Assembly (NCBI RefSeq): GCF_037042905.1
Contig: NC_087246.1
Span: 9,674,001 to 9,738,000, forward strand
DNA: 64,000 bases
From: Lytechinus pictus
Lineage: Eukaryota
Direction: 5' to 3'
The notes beneath the pieces were generated by a model. That model was not told the DNA's origin and ran no database searches. It saw only the letters and a list, made by a program, of their open reading frames with translations. Below, piece after piece: positions 24,325 through 37,437 of this stretch (within the stretch, counting starts at the first letter, position 1; each line of letters starts with the position of its first letter). Position numbers and translations under genes: made by a program.

Positions 24325-24974
24325 TCAGCTAAAGATCTCATCATCCAGAACACTTTTAAGAACTTTTGTAATATATAAAAAAAAACAGTATCTCTTCCGT
24401 GAGAAACATTCCGTCTTGTTCTTTTGTATTCCGATTTATTGCCTTGATGTATGTTATACTCTATTTACTATTATGTCTTCCTTGCCTTTCTTCTTATCTT
24501 TCCTATATCCTCCTCATCTTTACATTTTTTCCTGCTCTCTCTACAACTCTCTCCGCTTTTTCTATATATTTCTGTACATATATCACTTTGTTCTTGTTTT
24601 GGGAGGACAGTGCTTGATTAAAGTTATATTTTGATGTCATCGATCATGCAGTTGAAAGAAAAAAAGATCAGTATCTACTTTTTATACAAAACATTTAATA
24701 CCTCATGTTTGGACATGAAACTCAAAATGTTATTTGGTTTTCTTTAGGAAGTCTTAGAGATGTCTTCAAACTCATAAGTGTGTTAAGAAGAGTGCTTTCT
24801 TTTTATGCTATACCTGTATATACCTGTATATTCTTAACGATATTTGTTTTAAATATTTTTTTTGTACTTATTGTTTCTGCCAAAGATGTTTCACTCTTGA
24901 AGGGTGAGTTGAGTTTTGAAAGGATTTATTTTTAGTCTTTTTAGTTTTATACCTGGTCCGAGGACAGCCCAGAC

Positions 24975-24986
24975 TTGGGGAGGGGC
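24975..24986 (+). promoter_or_regulatory. Polypurine tract
   Basis: TTGGGGAGGGGC lies just before the 3' LTR. Confidence 0.85.
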
Positions 24987-24988
24987 TG

Positions 24989-25388
24989 TGTAGCATAATG
25001 AGTTATACCTTTAAGATGTATTTCATAGTTGATCGTAGAGGGCGATATTTTTATGTTGTGATACTTGGTATGGAGAAGTACGTCAGTTCGCTCGGAGCTG
25101 TGATGACGTACGTGCAGTTGTAAATAGTAGCTCCCGATATTAAACTAAGACTTACACCGTACACTAGATCTTTCCACTGTGCTTTCTTTATAAGGTGAGT
25201 GTTATAGTGCTTGATTCGATGTATTTCAGAGAGGTCTGAGAGGAAGAGAGGTTACCACGTTATACAATAGACTTTTGTGAGAGAATCTGCCCCCCAAAAC
25301 AATTGAATGAGTGAAGAACAGCGTGGACCGGGTTCTAGAGACTGCGAGACGGCAGAACGCTACCCCAACAGAGCTCGGTTACGCCACA
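24989..25388 (+). repeat. 3' LTR (400 bp)
   Basis: Copy of 16526-16925, followed by TSD ATAT. Confidence 0.97.
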
Positions 25389-26375
25389 ATATATTTTGTT
25401 AGAAAATACGTTTTTAGACAGTATCCCATTGATTTATCACATATATATGCATTTTAGAGCTCACTCTTGTGATTTCTTTGCTCCTCTTTCTCATTGTGCA
25501 TAATACTTTTAGGGCCTTTGGCAGCCATTTTGAATATCAAAATACAACATTCATCACATACATGGCATATTAATAATATATTTCGTTAACAATTATGTTT
25601 TTAGTCAGTATCCCACTCATTTAATCTTAATAATATGCATTTAGTGATCACTCTTGTGAATTGTTTGGCCCCCATTACCATTATACGCAATACTGTTTGG
25701 GCCAGTGGCGGCTATTTTAGATATCAAAATACAGCAATGTTCCCATATATGACATAATAAATGATATATCTCGTTAGTAATGATGATTTGCATATACTAC
25801 TTCGTTCATACATCGCGATGTTTTGCAGTTTAGTGCTCATTAATGTGAAAATTAGTTTTCCCTATTCATATTGTACATAATAGAGTATACAGGGGCCTAT
25901 GGCGGCCATTTTGAATATCAGGAAAATAAATATTTTGTCAAAAATCATTTTTTGACAGAGTATTTCACTCCTGCCACACAATTTCATGAATTTCATATAG
26001 CCAATGTGCGGACAATTTTATGATTTTCATGGGTAATTTGTATATTTTGGCGGCCATATTGGATTTTGCTAATTTGCGGAAAATGCTCAAGGTTACACGA
26101 GTGGCATCATTCAGATTCGTAATCAGCACCCTCGAATTGACAAGAAACCATCAAAAAATATTGTATATATAAAAAAACAAGGTTATGCCTCTTCTATCCT
26201 GGACTAAATTGCTCATGACTGCATCTTTTGGCCATGATAATTATGTTGCACAGAATCACAATGGTTGTAAGCAGTCGCTCCACCAATAATTGTGAAAGGG
26301 GCTTAACAAAAGTGCAAATCAATCTTGATTGGGTACGTTGTCATAAAATACATTACAATTACATTCTTGAGATCT

Positions 26376-29300
26376 CTAATTCTCGATATCTGAGACCATG
26401 AGGTGATGCCCTCCATCAATACCTACTGTTTCTCCAGTGGTAAACGACGAGTCAGAAGATGCCAGAAATGTGACGAATCGAGCTACATCATCTGGTTTAC
26501 CGGTTCTGCGCATCGGATGGGAGCGGCTGTAACTCTCAAAGTACTAGAATATAATATAATATATGAAAAATATGACATCACCTTTTAAAAAAGTTATTCG
26601 TTCATGATTATGACCATGATGATACGTTAGATGAGATTAAAATGATGATTGGCCAACAATTCTATTCTGCTAAATATAAGTTACAGTGATTGTTCCTCTG
26701 ACAATTCGAAATAAAAAACTAAAGCAGAAAAATCAGGGTGCCATTATTTTGTTATCCTATACTTGACTATGGGTATATAGGTTTGTAATCTCTTGCACCC
26801 TATTCCAAACTAAAGTAGAGGAAGCACTCTATTAATATGCCTATTAATTAGCACCCTGCAGGTCCAGGAGTGTTACCAGCCCAAAGAAAATTTATGATTT
26901 TTGTAGCTAGAAAAAGAAATAGAAAAATGTGTAGCAAATTGTCGTCGGCAGCTCGGGGAAAATAGAAAATGTGGTCACTTTTGACCTCTTACATAAACTA
27001 ACGAATTAAAGATGAATGACGAACTAATTATTCCAAAATTTTTTGAGCTGTACAAAGTCGAACACTACTTAAATCAGTTCCATTGCTTAATCGAGTCACA
27101 TCTACATCTCTCCTTTATGAGATAAGAGTCATCTATTTGTCCTTTTAAAGTCAATACTTTATGGCTATCATGAATTCAATGTCACAAAACATCAATTTCC
27201 TCGAGCTCTCATCAGCTATGCTATGCAAAACCAGAGCATGCATATATATAAATATATATATATACGAATTACATAATTTATTACTATAATGATCATTATG
27301 ATCAATACAATATTGTAAATCATTCCTATAATTATAATTTTATGAATTGAAATTGAAACCCCTATTTAAAAAAAAAGTCAAAAATAATTATCATACCTGT
27401 GTTACTTGTTCTTCTGTTATGCCCAATTCTCGCTTGAACAGCGGAGTCTCAATAACACCAGGGCTGCATGGTGATATGATATATATATATATGTATATAT
27501 ACTGTATAATGTTTGAAATTAGAAAAAAAATTCAAATCGAACTTAATTCTTCAAGCATCCATAGTCGGTTCCTCAGATAATTTTCAGCCTTTTAGATTTG
27601 AAGAGAAAAGATGAACTCGCTAAAAATTTAATTGGTATTCGTTCCTTTTCAAGAGAAATACAAATGAAATCTAAAACATTATAATAACGTTATACCATGG
27701 ATCCTACTAAAGGATCAATGGTTAGATCCTACTAGGATCCATGATTAGACTAACATACATGTGCAACAATAATGAAATGAAACAAAACTATAATTAGCAC
27801 AAAATAGGGGTGGATATGAATAATTTGTACATCAATATACTCTGCCTCACATTGTTTTCATTAGATTATATTTTCACGTATTGACAATCGGATGATAATT
27901 TGTTCGATCCAAAAACGTATCTATACGGTAACTTTATTATAAATACATTTTAATACCTTGGATAATACATTGGGTGTAGGCATATAAAGTTAATAACTTA
28001 TTTGCCTCTCGGTGACTTCTCATGAAGAATTCCAAACACTTTTAACGGCGCTGTACATCATTTGAACATGGACAGGCAAAACTTTCATGATTTGCTTTCG
28101 ATTTGTTCATCTTCTCATATTATGTTGTTCATAATGGGAGCAGTGACAGCGTCAATAGGAGGACGAAGTGATACTTTTAAATATCTAACTCGATTTTACA
28201 TGCATTTTTTTTAATCTTTCAATATTTATTGAATATCTTTCAATTGAAAATTTTTCAATATTTATTGAATCTTTATGACGTGCGCTTCATAATTGCAGGT
28301 TACTTTGGTTTGCTTTCATTTGGAAGTAAGCTGTGTGTGGTAGATAAGCAAAGTCTATTGGATCAGACCTTCTGTACTTTTATAAGAGAAAAGCTTTCAT
28401 AATATACCGGGATAATATACCCCTTATTCGTTCTTATTCACCCCATCATTACGGTACTACTCACTTTACTGTGTTGACACGGACTCCATGAGGTGCCAAT
28501 TCTACCAAGAAAATAATGAAAAGTGATAACTTCCCCTGAAGGGAATCGTCACGTGGACATCTTGTGGTAAACATGTTGGCATAAGCTTTGATCATAGACT
28601 TAAACAATTGTACATCATAATTATGAGTATCATGGCATTACCTCTATCGTGTAGACCGTGTGCGTATATGCTAACCTAAAGGCGATAAACAATGTGAACA
28701 AGATTAAAGGACAACGACAGAGCATGCATGTCAGACTCCACATCATCGGTTATTGATGAGTTGATATCTTCTAAAGGCAAAGACTGAAAACGAAGCAGAT
28801 GGAATCTTTGCTTAAGACAAAGTTAGATCGATTGTGTGAAACGCGGAAAGTATTAAAGTGCCAATAAGATTTCCCTTTTATTTTCTCATCAAGGAGCCTC
28901 ACAAAATATATTTTTTGACCACCCTTTCAATGACCTTTGATTCAAAATTAATGAGAATCTGAAAAAAGACATCAGGGGTTTTTCAAGATTGCTTCTCTAC
29001 CTGGTCATAAAGATGAAGAATTATATACCTTCAGCTGTACACCTTGTCATGTGATCTAAGGCAGTTTTTGACATCCCATAAATCAATTCGTTGACTATCT
29101 GTGTAACCAAATTAAAAACAAAAAACAAAAGAAAACAATAGTTTAATGCACTATTGTCAAATGATATGCAGTACACAAAACACAATAAAGTGGATGAGTA
29201 CACTGTAAACACACTGTCACTCTTTGCCCTTTTAAAGAGTGATTTACTTAGAAACTTTACTTTCATTTTTTAAAGTGTATATTAGGCATCCCGACCCAAA

Positions 29301-32300
29301 GACAGAAGGAATACGATACATATCGGTAGATATCAAGTATAAGAAAAAAAGAAAGAAAGAAAGGCAGGCAGACAGAAAGATATATAGGTAGGAAGATAAA
29401 TAGATAGACTTTTAGATATGAAAGGATGGAAATGGCTTAGGTTTAGGGGATCAAATTAAGCTAATAGGAAATAACGTATGTGCTCTGTCACTTACTGATC
29501 GGCGTCCTATGACACTGGATATGTTCACAACAGTTCCTGCAAGAAAGGAATGAATTGAAGAAAAAAAATTACAATATTTCCTGGTTCTATAACCGTTTAT
29601 TCATCGGATCCAGTGTTTTTTTTTATTGAAAGCAAACAAAGGTATCCAGGATATTGAAATCGAGTAAAACAGAAATGGCCATGCAATTGCCTCCATTCCT
29701 CTAAAACATTCAATGAAAGATAATGCATATAGGCCTGCACCACTGCATAATCGCTGTACGTAGGTATATTTTTTGACATTTTTTCCTAATATAACTCTCT
29801 TTTGTTTTCAGAGCTAGATGGATAAAATACGACTAACTAAACATTACAAAGGTAAATGATCGAGAAAAAAAAATTAAAGAGCGGTTTATAAATTCGCATA
29901 TTTAGGAAGTGGTGTTTTTTATAATCAGTATTAAACTTATTGTGTGCTATACACGCACCAGTTTATCATTATTATTATAATTATTATAATTATTATCTTA
30001 TTATTATTAGCCCCCGTTGGGGGAGAGGGTGGGGGCTAGGACCCCTGCACATTTTTTTTATCATGTCATCAATTTAACCTATTTCTATGTATGTATTGCC
30101 ATGATGGCACTCGGGGTCTGCCTCGTCAAGACCTTTAATTTGGTCTTTTACAGTGTCCTAAATTTCAATTTGTATTTATGTATAATTATTGCTTTGCTAC
30201 TCGTTATGTATTCCTCTGATATTGTATCTTATTATTATTATTAAAATAAAACCATGAGGAATGCCTTTGCGATGAGGGAATACCTTTTGATTTGATGAGA
30301 TATGGTGTAAGGAGTTGGGTGAGTTCAAGGGGTGCTCTAACATTCACTCTGAAGGTGAGGTCAAAATTATCCAAGGTCATGCTTTCTACCGTGTTCGTTG
30401 CATAAACCGCAGCATTATTCACCTGAAATAATAAAAAAAGAATGATAATTTCGGTACCCTTCAAGATTCTCAAAAAATATGTGATCACATTCATATTGAA
30501 ACATGTCTAACTCTTCATTTTTTTGTCTTGAAATCAACAAATTTGATTATTTGTTTGTTCCTAAAAATATTGACAACAAGAAAAAAAGCTCCAGCACAAA
30601 ATGTTGGTCTTTTTTCATACATTCCTCAAATTTTACACACCTACCAGTAATCCAGGGGGGTGCTGCCTATGGAAAATAATACACGCAGCACCCCCTGGGC
30701 AAAAGCACCCCCAGCATCCCAGGACAATGGATGTTTGGATGAAATAAGCAGGGGAGAGAGTTGTTAGATTCTTGGACAGGGGCGGATCCAGCCTTCGCCA
30801 ACAAGGGGGGGGGGGATTTTTCAGCCATATTTTCACCGATCAGCCGCAGGAAGTTGATTATTGTTTGCTTCTTTGAAGGGGTAGTCCTAATAATCACTTC
30901 TTATCCTTATTCTTGTGAATCAACATAAATATAATAGTCTCATAATCCTTGTTTTAATATCGCGAGCGCGAACCGCGAGCTAATTGTTTTTGAAATTTTA
31001 TGCATTTTGTCCTAAAACTTGAATATTCTGGGCAATGTTTGTAATCCTGAACAAGATGTGTATGCAACTAATAATTACTGCGAGCAGAAATTGTTAATAT
31101 ACATTTTGAACTGATCGAAAAGGTACTTGTTAAGGACTGCTTGTAGTTAGCCATGAAGACATGACATATTTCAACAATCAAATAATGCGAGCGCGAAGCG
31201 TGAGCTAAAAATCTTTGATATTTCTACCTAAAGAATGGAAATTCAAAGCACTTTTTGTAATTATGAACAGGATAGGTATATAACTAAACAATCGATGCGA
31301 GCGCGAAGCGCGAGCGGAATTTATTTTTTTGAGATTTAGACCTAAAACGGGACACTCTTCGTGTTTTTAGAATCATGCAAAAGATGAGCAATTGGGGATT
31401 TTCCTACATTAATAATGCGAGTGCAAAGCTCGAGCAGAATTTTTTTGGATATTCTGATGATTTAAATAAAGAACAAGCTGCGCATCTGATTAAATATGCA
31501 CGCACCTGTCTCAGATTTAGACCTAGAATCTGGGCATTCTAAATACATTTTTATCATGAAAATCAATCAAGCGATGGCGAAGCGCGAGCTTATACTCCGA
31601 TCTGAAAAAAATTTGGAAATTTAAGCTCTAATTATTTCCAGAACTTTGTAGGAAAATTGTGAGGTGGATATGGATCGTGTTTAATAAAGAGCTGATATTA
31701 TTCATTCTTATTACTTAGAGTTTTGACATAGAACCGGGACATTCTAAGCCAGATGAAACTTATCGATATTCCTTTCTGAAAAAAGAGACGATTTAATTAT
31801 TAAATTAATATTCTATTTATCAATCTGATAAGCCTAATGAGGGCGCGAAATCTGTTAATATTATAGCCTTTAAACTGGGAATTTCAAGCACTTTTGTAAT
31901 TATGAATAGGATGCATGAGATAACATATTTTAAATAATGAATGCAAGCGCAAATCACGAGCCGAATTGTTTGATAAATTGTCATAAAATGGGGAGTTTAG
32001 GTAGTGTGTTATAAAATTAATATTGAGATATACATGACTCACCAATCAAAATAAAAGCATGCAGCGCTGAATAGGGATATTTTGAGAACTTTCATATGAA
32101 ATACGCAAAAATAATATGTACCTGACAAATCAAATTTTGCAAGCGCGCAGCGCGAGCAGAAAATGCTAATATTCAAACCATAAACTGACATTTTTACAGA
32201 GCACTTAAAAAAAATCAATCTGTAAATAAAATAATGAAAGTTCGATTTCCGAGCTGAAATTTGTTTTGTATATTGACTTCCAAACTTGATAAAGCTCCAT

Positions 32301-35300
32301 ATTGAGCAAGATCAATTCACCTAACAGGCAATGCGAGCGCGAGCGAAAATTTCATATAGTGACATGAAAGATTCTTTTTATTTTCCAAGTCTTCCCCTCA
32401 TCTTATTTTATCCACTCGTCTTCTTCTTCTTTTCTCCTTTCTTTTCCCTGTTTTTTCTTTCTTTCTTTCCCCTTTTTTTGCTCCGCCAATAGGGGGGGGG
32501 GGCCCTCGCCGCCCCTGGATCTTGGAGATGAACCCCATCTATCATCCTTCCCGCTCCGTGTAGGACTTGCTTTATTGACCTGAGTCTTGTTTCCTCTATC
32601 GAAACTGTCCATTTATCATGATTGTTATTTGTTAATTTACAATTTTTAAATAAATTTTGTTCTACATGTAGATCTTACCAAAACATCAACCTGGTTGAAT
32701 TTCTGGATGATTTGTTCCACAGTTTTCTTTACGGCGTCTCTTTCCCCATAGTCGGCTTGAATTTGTAAAACCTTTACAACATAATAAGACAGAAATTCAT
32801 TCAATAATTTGATGTCTTCATAGTGAATAAACGAATATTTTTACTCGTAAACTTAAAAATTAAAGCTTGCTACGAGCTTCGAAGTTTCACTTTAACGAAC
32901 AAAATTCACTTCGCATTTTCTTAACGTAGCCTATACTATGTAATGATAACTTTAAAAATATTTTATCTAATTCAATTCACTATCTCCTTCAATTCCTTGT
33001 GTTTTCTGTTTGGAGATGTGAGATTCTTACATTATCATTGACATCATTTTCTATGTTAATATTAATACAACTTTACAGCCACACAAGAACGCACCCCTTT
33101 ATGAGAACAAAATTGACATTATGTTAGGCCATATAATAAATCCTTAAAAAAACACTCTGCCAATGGGACGACTTTAAAAATCTAAATTTCAATTATGTTA
33201 CGTCGAACCACAGTTACCTGATCGCTGCCAAGACCTCTGGCTAAACCTATATTCAGATATTAAAAAAGAAATCATTCAAATAATTCAACATATATTATAG
33301 GTCATTTCAAGGCAAATATGAGATATAAACATTCAACAGAGCTGCCAAGTAGTACTGTTTTCAGTAATTATTACTGAAAATTAAAAAGAATACTGGTGGT
33401 TTCATGCAAATTACTGATTTAAAGTTTCAGTTTATGTGTTGTCCTATGGCATTTCTGTAAAAATACTGATTTTCGGTCTTTAAAATACGGAAGTGTTCTT
33501 GATCAGGTGGGCATTTCTATCTTCTCTGATTGAACATTATACACCTGCATATAATTTACATGCAAAGAGTTTTCGTACTCGACCGTCTCAATGTTCCATT
33601 CCAAAGAATAAAGAGAAATAACCCTAATTCTTTTCTATTGTTGAAGATATGACCAGATCTGACAGAGTCACTTCGAAAGCCGGGAGTTGCGAAAGTAGAA
33701 TTATGCCTTGCAAAAATATAAGGTCTGATGTGTAGGCCAAAAAAAGTTCAAGTTTATTTATTTTGATACCAAAAAATATCAAATTATAATAAAAATGAAT
33801 ATACATACAATGCACATGAGTACATAAACATGTATAGCATGACGAATTGGTTTTGGACCCCTTTAAAAGCAAGGCTTGTGAGCGGGGCCCTAGCTTACTT
33901 AACAAGATTTAGAACAAAATATAGGATATACTAATCTACAAAATAGAAAAAAGAGAGAAAAACTTTATATAATAAGGTTAAGACGCTAAACTAGAATGGA
34001 AAACTATTTACAATCACACAAACACACATACGCACACACACCCACACACACCCACACATACGCATGCGCATCCACATCCACCTACATTATGCACATACTA
34101 AACATTAATGAGTATGGTTCTTTTGATTTGTTTAGTTCTATAAGTTTATTGTAATTAAAAGTTGAGGCTTGGAAATTAAACTAAGGAGTATTTTTAAGAC
34201 AGATACATAATAAATGCTACAACGAAGAAATCCATTTAAAGAGTGTTTAATGATACTTATAAATATCATTTTCTTTGAGAGAAACTTTATGAAAAATCAT
34301 CTACATTCATTGGTGACTTGTTGAAGTGTTTCCATGTTACGTCCTGTCAGGGCCAATAGACATCCCAGCGAAGCGAAATGTCGGGCAATTTCTGCTCCTA
34401 TACCCGAGCTTGCTCCTGTAATGTGAAAGAGAGAGAGAGATGATTCAAATTATGTAAATCGAATATTATCTTTTAGTTGATTTACATGTATATTCGTGTT
34501 TCATATGGCCTTTTCACACGTGAATCTTGAATCATCATTGCTATTGTAATCTTGACTGTGATTAGCGTTCGTAATTCTAATCATGTTCTAGTTTTGTTTC
34601 ACACGTGCTAAAAATTCGTAATTTTTCAATGGAATCATCATTCAAATTACGACTTTTTTTTCGTGTGAAAGGGCGGACTGATAAGTTTAATGTTCTATTT
34701 TGTATTATAATCAAACAAAAAGGGTTAACATCCCTTAACATGCACATAATATGGTGAATAATAGCTCCATGGTACCACCATTTCACACGGTAAAAAAAAA
34801 TCGTAATTTATTTGATGATTCCAGTGAAAAATAAGGCTAACGACGAATATTTAGCACGTGTGAAACCAAACTAGAACATGAATAGAATCGTGAACGCTAA
34901 TTACAGTCACGATTACAATATGAATCATCATTTTTAATGATGATTCAATTAGATTCACGTGTGAAAAGGTCCATAGAGAACTAGACATTGTCTTCAACGA
35001 ATTGAGGAGAAAATGCCTAATGCTGCGCCTATTATGTACGACGTTTTGGGAATTTTTATTATTTCGATTTGGTAAACAGGTGCTAACTAAATTAAAAAAA
35101 TATATATATCATCCTTCAAAAAATAAATAAACATTAGAAAAAATCAATTTATCTGGTTTATTAATTGAATTCAATTTTCAATAAGGAATTTAGAGTACTT
35201 TGAATATGAAGTGAATTCAATATAATTACCTGTCCTGTATTATGACTTTAATTTATTTTACAGTGAATGTATTAATAAGATCCACTCTCTACAACTTAAT

Positions 35301-35713
35301 TAGATAACTGTATGAATTTATTATTCAGAGATTTTTACATGAATTATTTGTTAAAGATTTCAGTCTCCCATATTTCTTATTGTAATCTGTAATATGTATG
35401 ATATCAAAAACCTTTTTTTTCCTACAGTATTTGGGATATCTGTATTATTGATAGATATTATTATAGATAAAGAAAGAATAAATTGATGAGTTACTAACTA
35501 ATTTTTTCAATTGTTTTTTTCTGATAGAAATGATAGAAAATAATACAGAGGGAACGAGAATTACACAAATAAGAAATTGAAATCATACCTACTATACAGT
35601 ACTAATAGTAATATAATCCCGAATTTCAGAATTCAAATAGAATGTTACGGAATATTACCCGTTATGACGGCAACTTTTCCTTTCAGTGAAGCACCAAGTA
35701 TTTCTGGACTCAT
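26376..35713 (-). CDS. Classical short-chain dehydrogenase/reductase (FabG-like), 10 coding exons, 269 aa
   Basis: Exons 35713-35659, 34415-34305, 33246-33218, 32771-32679, 30422-30284, 29536-29496, 29098-29029, 28501-28465, 27463-27397, 26543-26376. All introns are GT-AG and in phase. Motifs TGASSGIG, VLVNNAA, VNISS, YGMSK, VRVNTVNPG, TGETVGIDGG. Confidence 0.9.
30777..32520. mobile_element. hAT-like non-autonomous element in an SDR intron
   Basis: Starts CAGGGGCGGATCCAG; truncated right end GCCCCTGGAT. Many GCGAGCGCGAAGCGCGAGC units inside. Confidence 0.65.
34507..34972. mobile_element. Palindromic MITE (PIF/Harbinger-like ends) in SDR intron 1
   Basis: GGCCTTTTCACACGTGAATCT...AGATTCACGTGTGAAAAGGTCC with long imperfect arms. 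Confidence 0.7.
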
Positions 35714-37437
35714 GGGTGACGTCATAATACCCAGATAAGATGTTTATCTAACGTGTTAAAGAAAATCAGAAAGTACTAATAACTCGAAATGAAATAAAAG
35801 CAAATATGGCTTTTGTTAAACTTTCAAATACTCTATAACTGAATGGTATATCATTGCGCCTTTAAGCAAACATTTGGCTGAAAAGCAAAGTAGAAACAGC
35901 GCGAGTATATAGGTATATTTTGTCCTACAAAGTAAGAGGTAAAGTTGCAAAAGGTATCTTTCATCAGAAATCTGTTACAGTATACAACATCTCATTAGAA
36001 CGAATTCACACATGCATGCAGAATGGCGGTCCTGGCGGATAAGGGGTAAAATGATAAGCCCCCCCCCCCCCCTTTCCAAAAAAAGGAAAAGAGAAAGAGA
36101 AAATCGACGCATTTGCAATTTTCCCCCTTTGTTTTGTTATATCTATTCATCTATCTATATTTAGTAAATTTAAATTTATATTTGTGAAGGGATGGGTCTC
36201 TCCTGGATCTGTCACTGTATTTGCATTAACATCTGGGCATGATATCTGTTTGAGCACATTTAGTCTAGCAAACTGAGCACAAATTGGCAAAATTAATATG
36301 AAAACAAATAAAGATAAATAAATTAATAGACCACTCTTCGCAAATTTTTTTAATATTTCAGGAAATAATTTGTTTAACGAAATATTCCCACTTTTGTGTT
36401 TTCCCTCCTTTTATATATATATTATTGTCTGTAATGCACGAGCAGTACGTAGCTCCTCACCCCTACAAGTTGTAAAACAATGCTCATTCAATTCATTGAT
36501 CTGTAGATATTACGTATTATGAAACATATTTTACAGATCAGTGATCCAGTCTGAGAAAATAATAGCAGTCATGCCTAACTATTTACAAACAAATGTGTAA
36601 GAAAAAAAATATATCAGCATAAATAAACAATGTTATATGAGTTGCATATTGACATGCCTATTAAATCATGCATGTTTCAGGAAGAAAATATACTATCAGA
36701 TAAAACGAATCTTCATAAAATACAGAAAGATAATCACTGGATTATCAGTGACTTATAACTTATTAAAGAAATTTGAGGTGCGATGAAATGGACTTCTTAC
36801 CTCCTTGTAGAAAATTATCTGTAATAATGTGGATGCATTAAACTCCATACACTGAGTGCTAACCGATTATAGAGTTTGAGTATATAATCTTTGTCGGTAG
36901 GCATAGGGTTTTGCATACATAAAAATCGTTGAGTCATAAATGGTGCATTATAATAAAAACATGATGGTACAAAGTACAACCTACTCAAGTTCAACGTTTA
37001 CATTCAAACGTTTTCATGAGAATTTCATATCCATGTAAACCCATCAGACAATGATGTACGTTTAAAGGATTGCATTTTATTTCACTTCACTATAAATGGA
37101 GCAAGAATTAAAAAGGGGCTTGTGTTCTATCAGGGAGTTGTGAGGGGACTCTCTGCTCTCTCCAGGCGATTCATTTATTTATACGGGAGTGAGCCAAGTC
37201 CCCTCACAACTCCCTGAAGTGAACTTGCAAAAAATTCCTACTTGTAAGAGCGATTATATTTCAAATTTTAGTGACCTATGAACATAATGATTAGAATGGC
37301 AGGAGCAAATTTTTTCGAAGTGAAACCTAGCACTAGAACTTCCTAATTAAATGTACATCTACAACATCTTTAGATTTCAACATGCACATAGGCTACAAAA
37401 GAATACGACCTCGGGATTGCTTCCCTGTATAATATAC

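Larger units (their letters stand above)
16526..25388 (+). mobile_element. Full-length intact Ty3/Gypsy LTR retrotransposon with an extra zinc-finger ORF3
   Basis: Two 400-bp TG...CA LTRs; TSD ATAT at 16522-16525 and 25389-25392; PBS, PPT and gag present; pol order PR-RT-RH-IN; ORF3 follows pol. Confidence 0.97.
15170..26206. mobile_element. Older DNA-transposon-like element built from ~195-bp CAAAATGGCCGCC units, split by the Gypsy insertion
   Basis: Units face forward at ~15220-16030 and reverse at ~16090-16490 and ~25520-26060. The right end TCCTGGACTA (26206) looks like a TIR. The left end is not resolved. Confidence 0.55.

Noticed and set aside
24399..24935. Hydrophobic 72-76 aa ORFs after ORF3 as small membrane or fusogen proteins
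   Set aside because: The hydrophobicity is explained by T-rich composition, two of them overlap in different frames with the same character, and there is no splice or start support. Not fully excluded without homologues.
37131..37216. 19-bp inverted repeat CAGGGAGTTGTGAGGGGAC as a miRNA hairpin
   Set aside because: The ~48-nt unpaired middle fits a deleted MITE better than a pre-miRNA.
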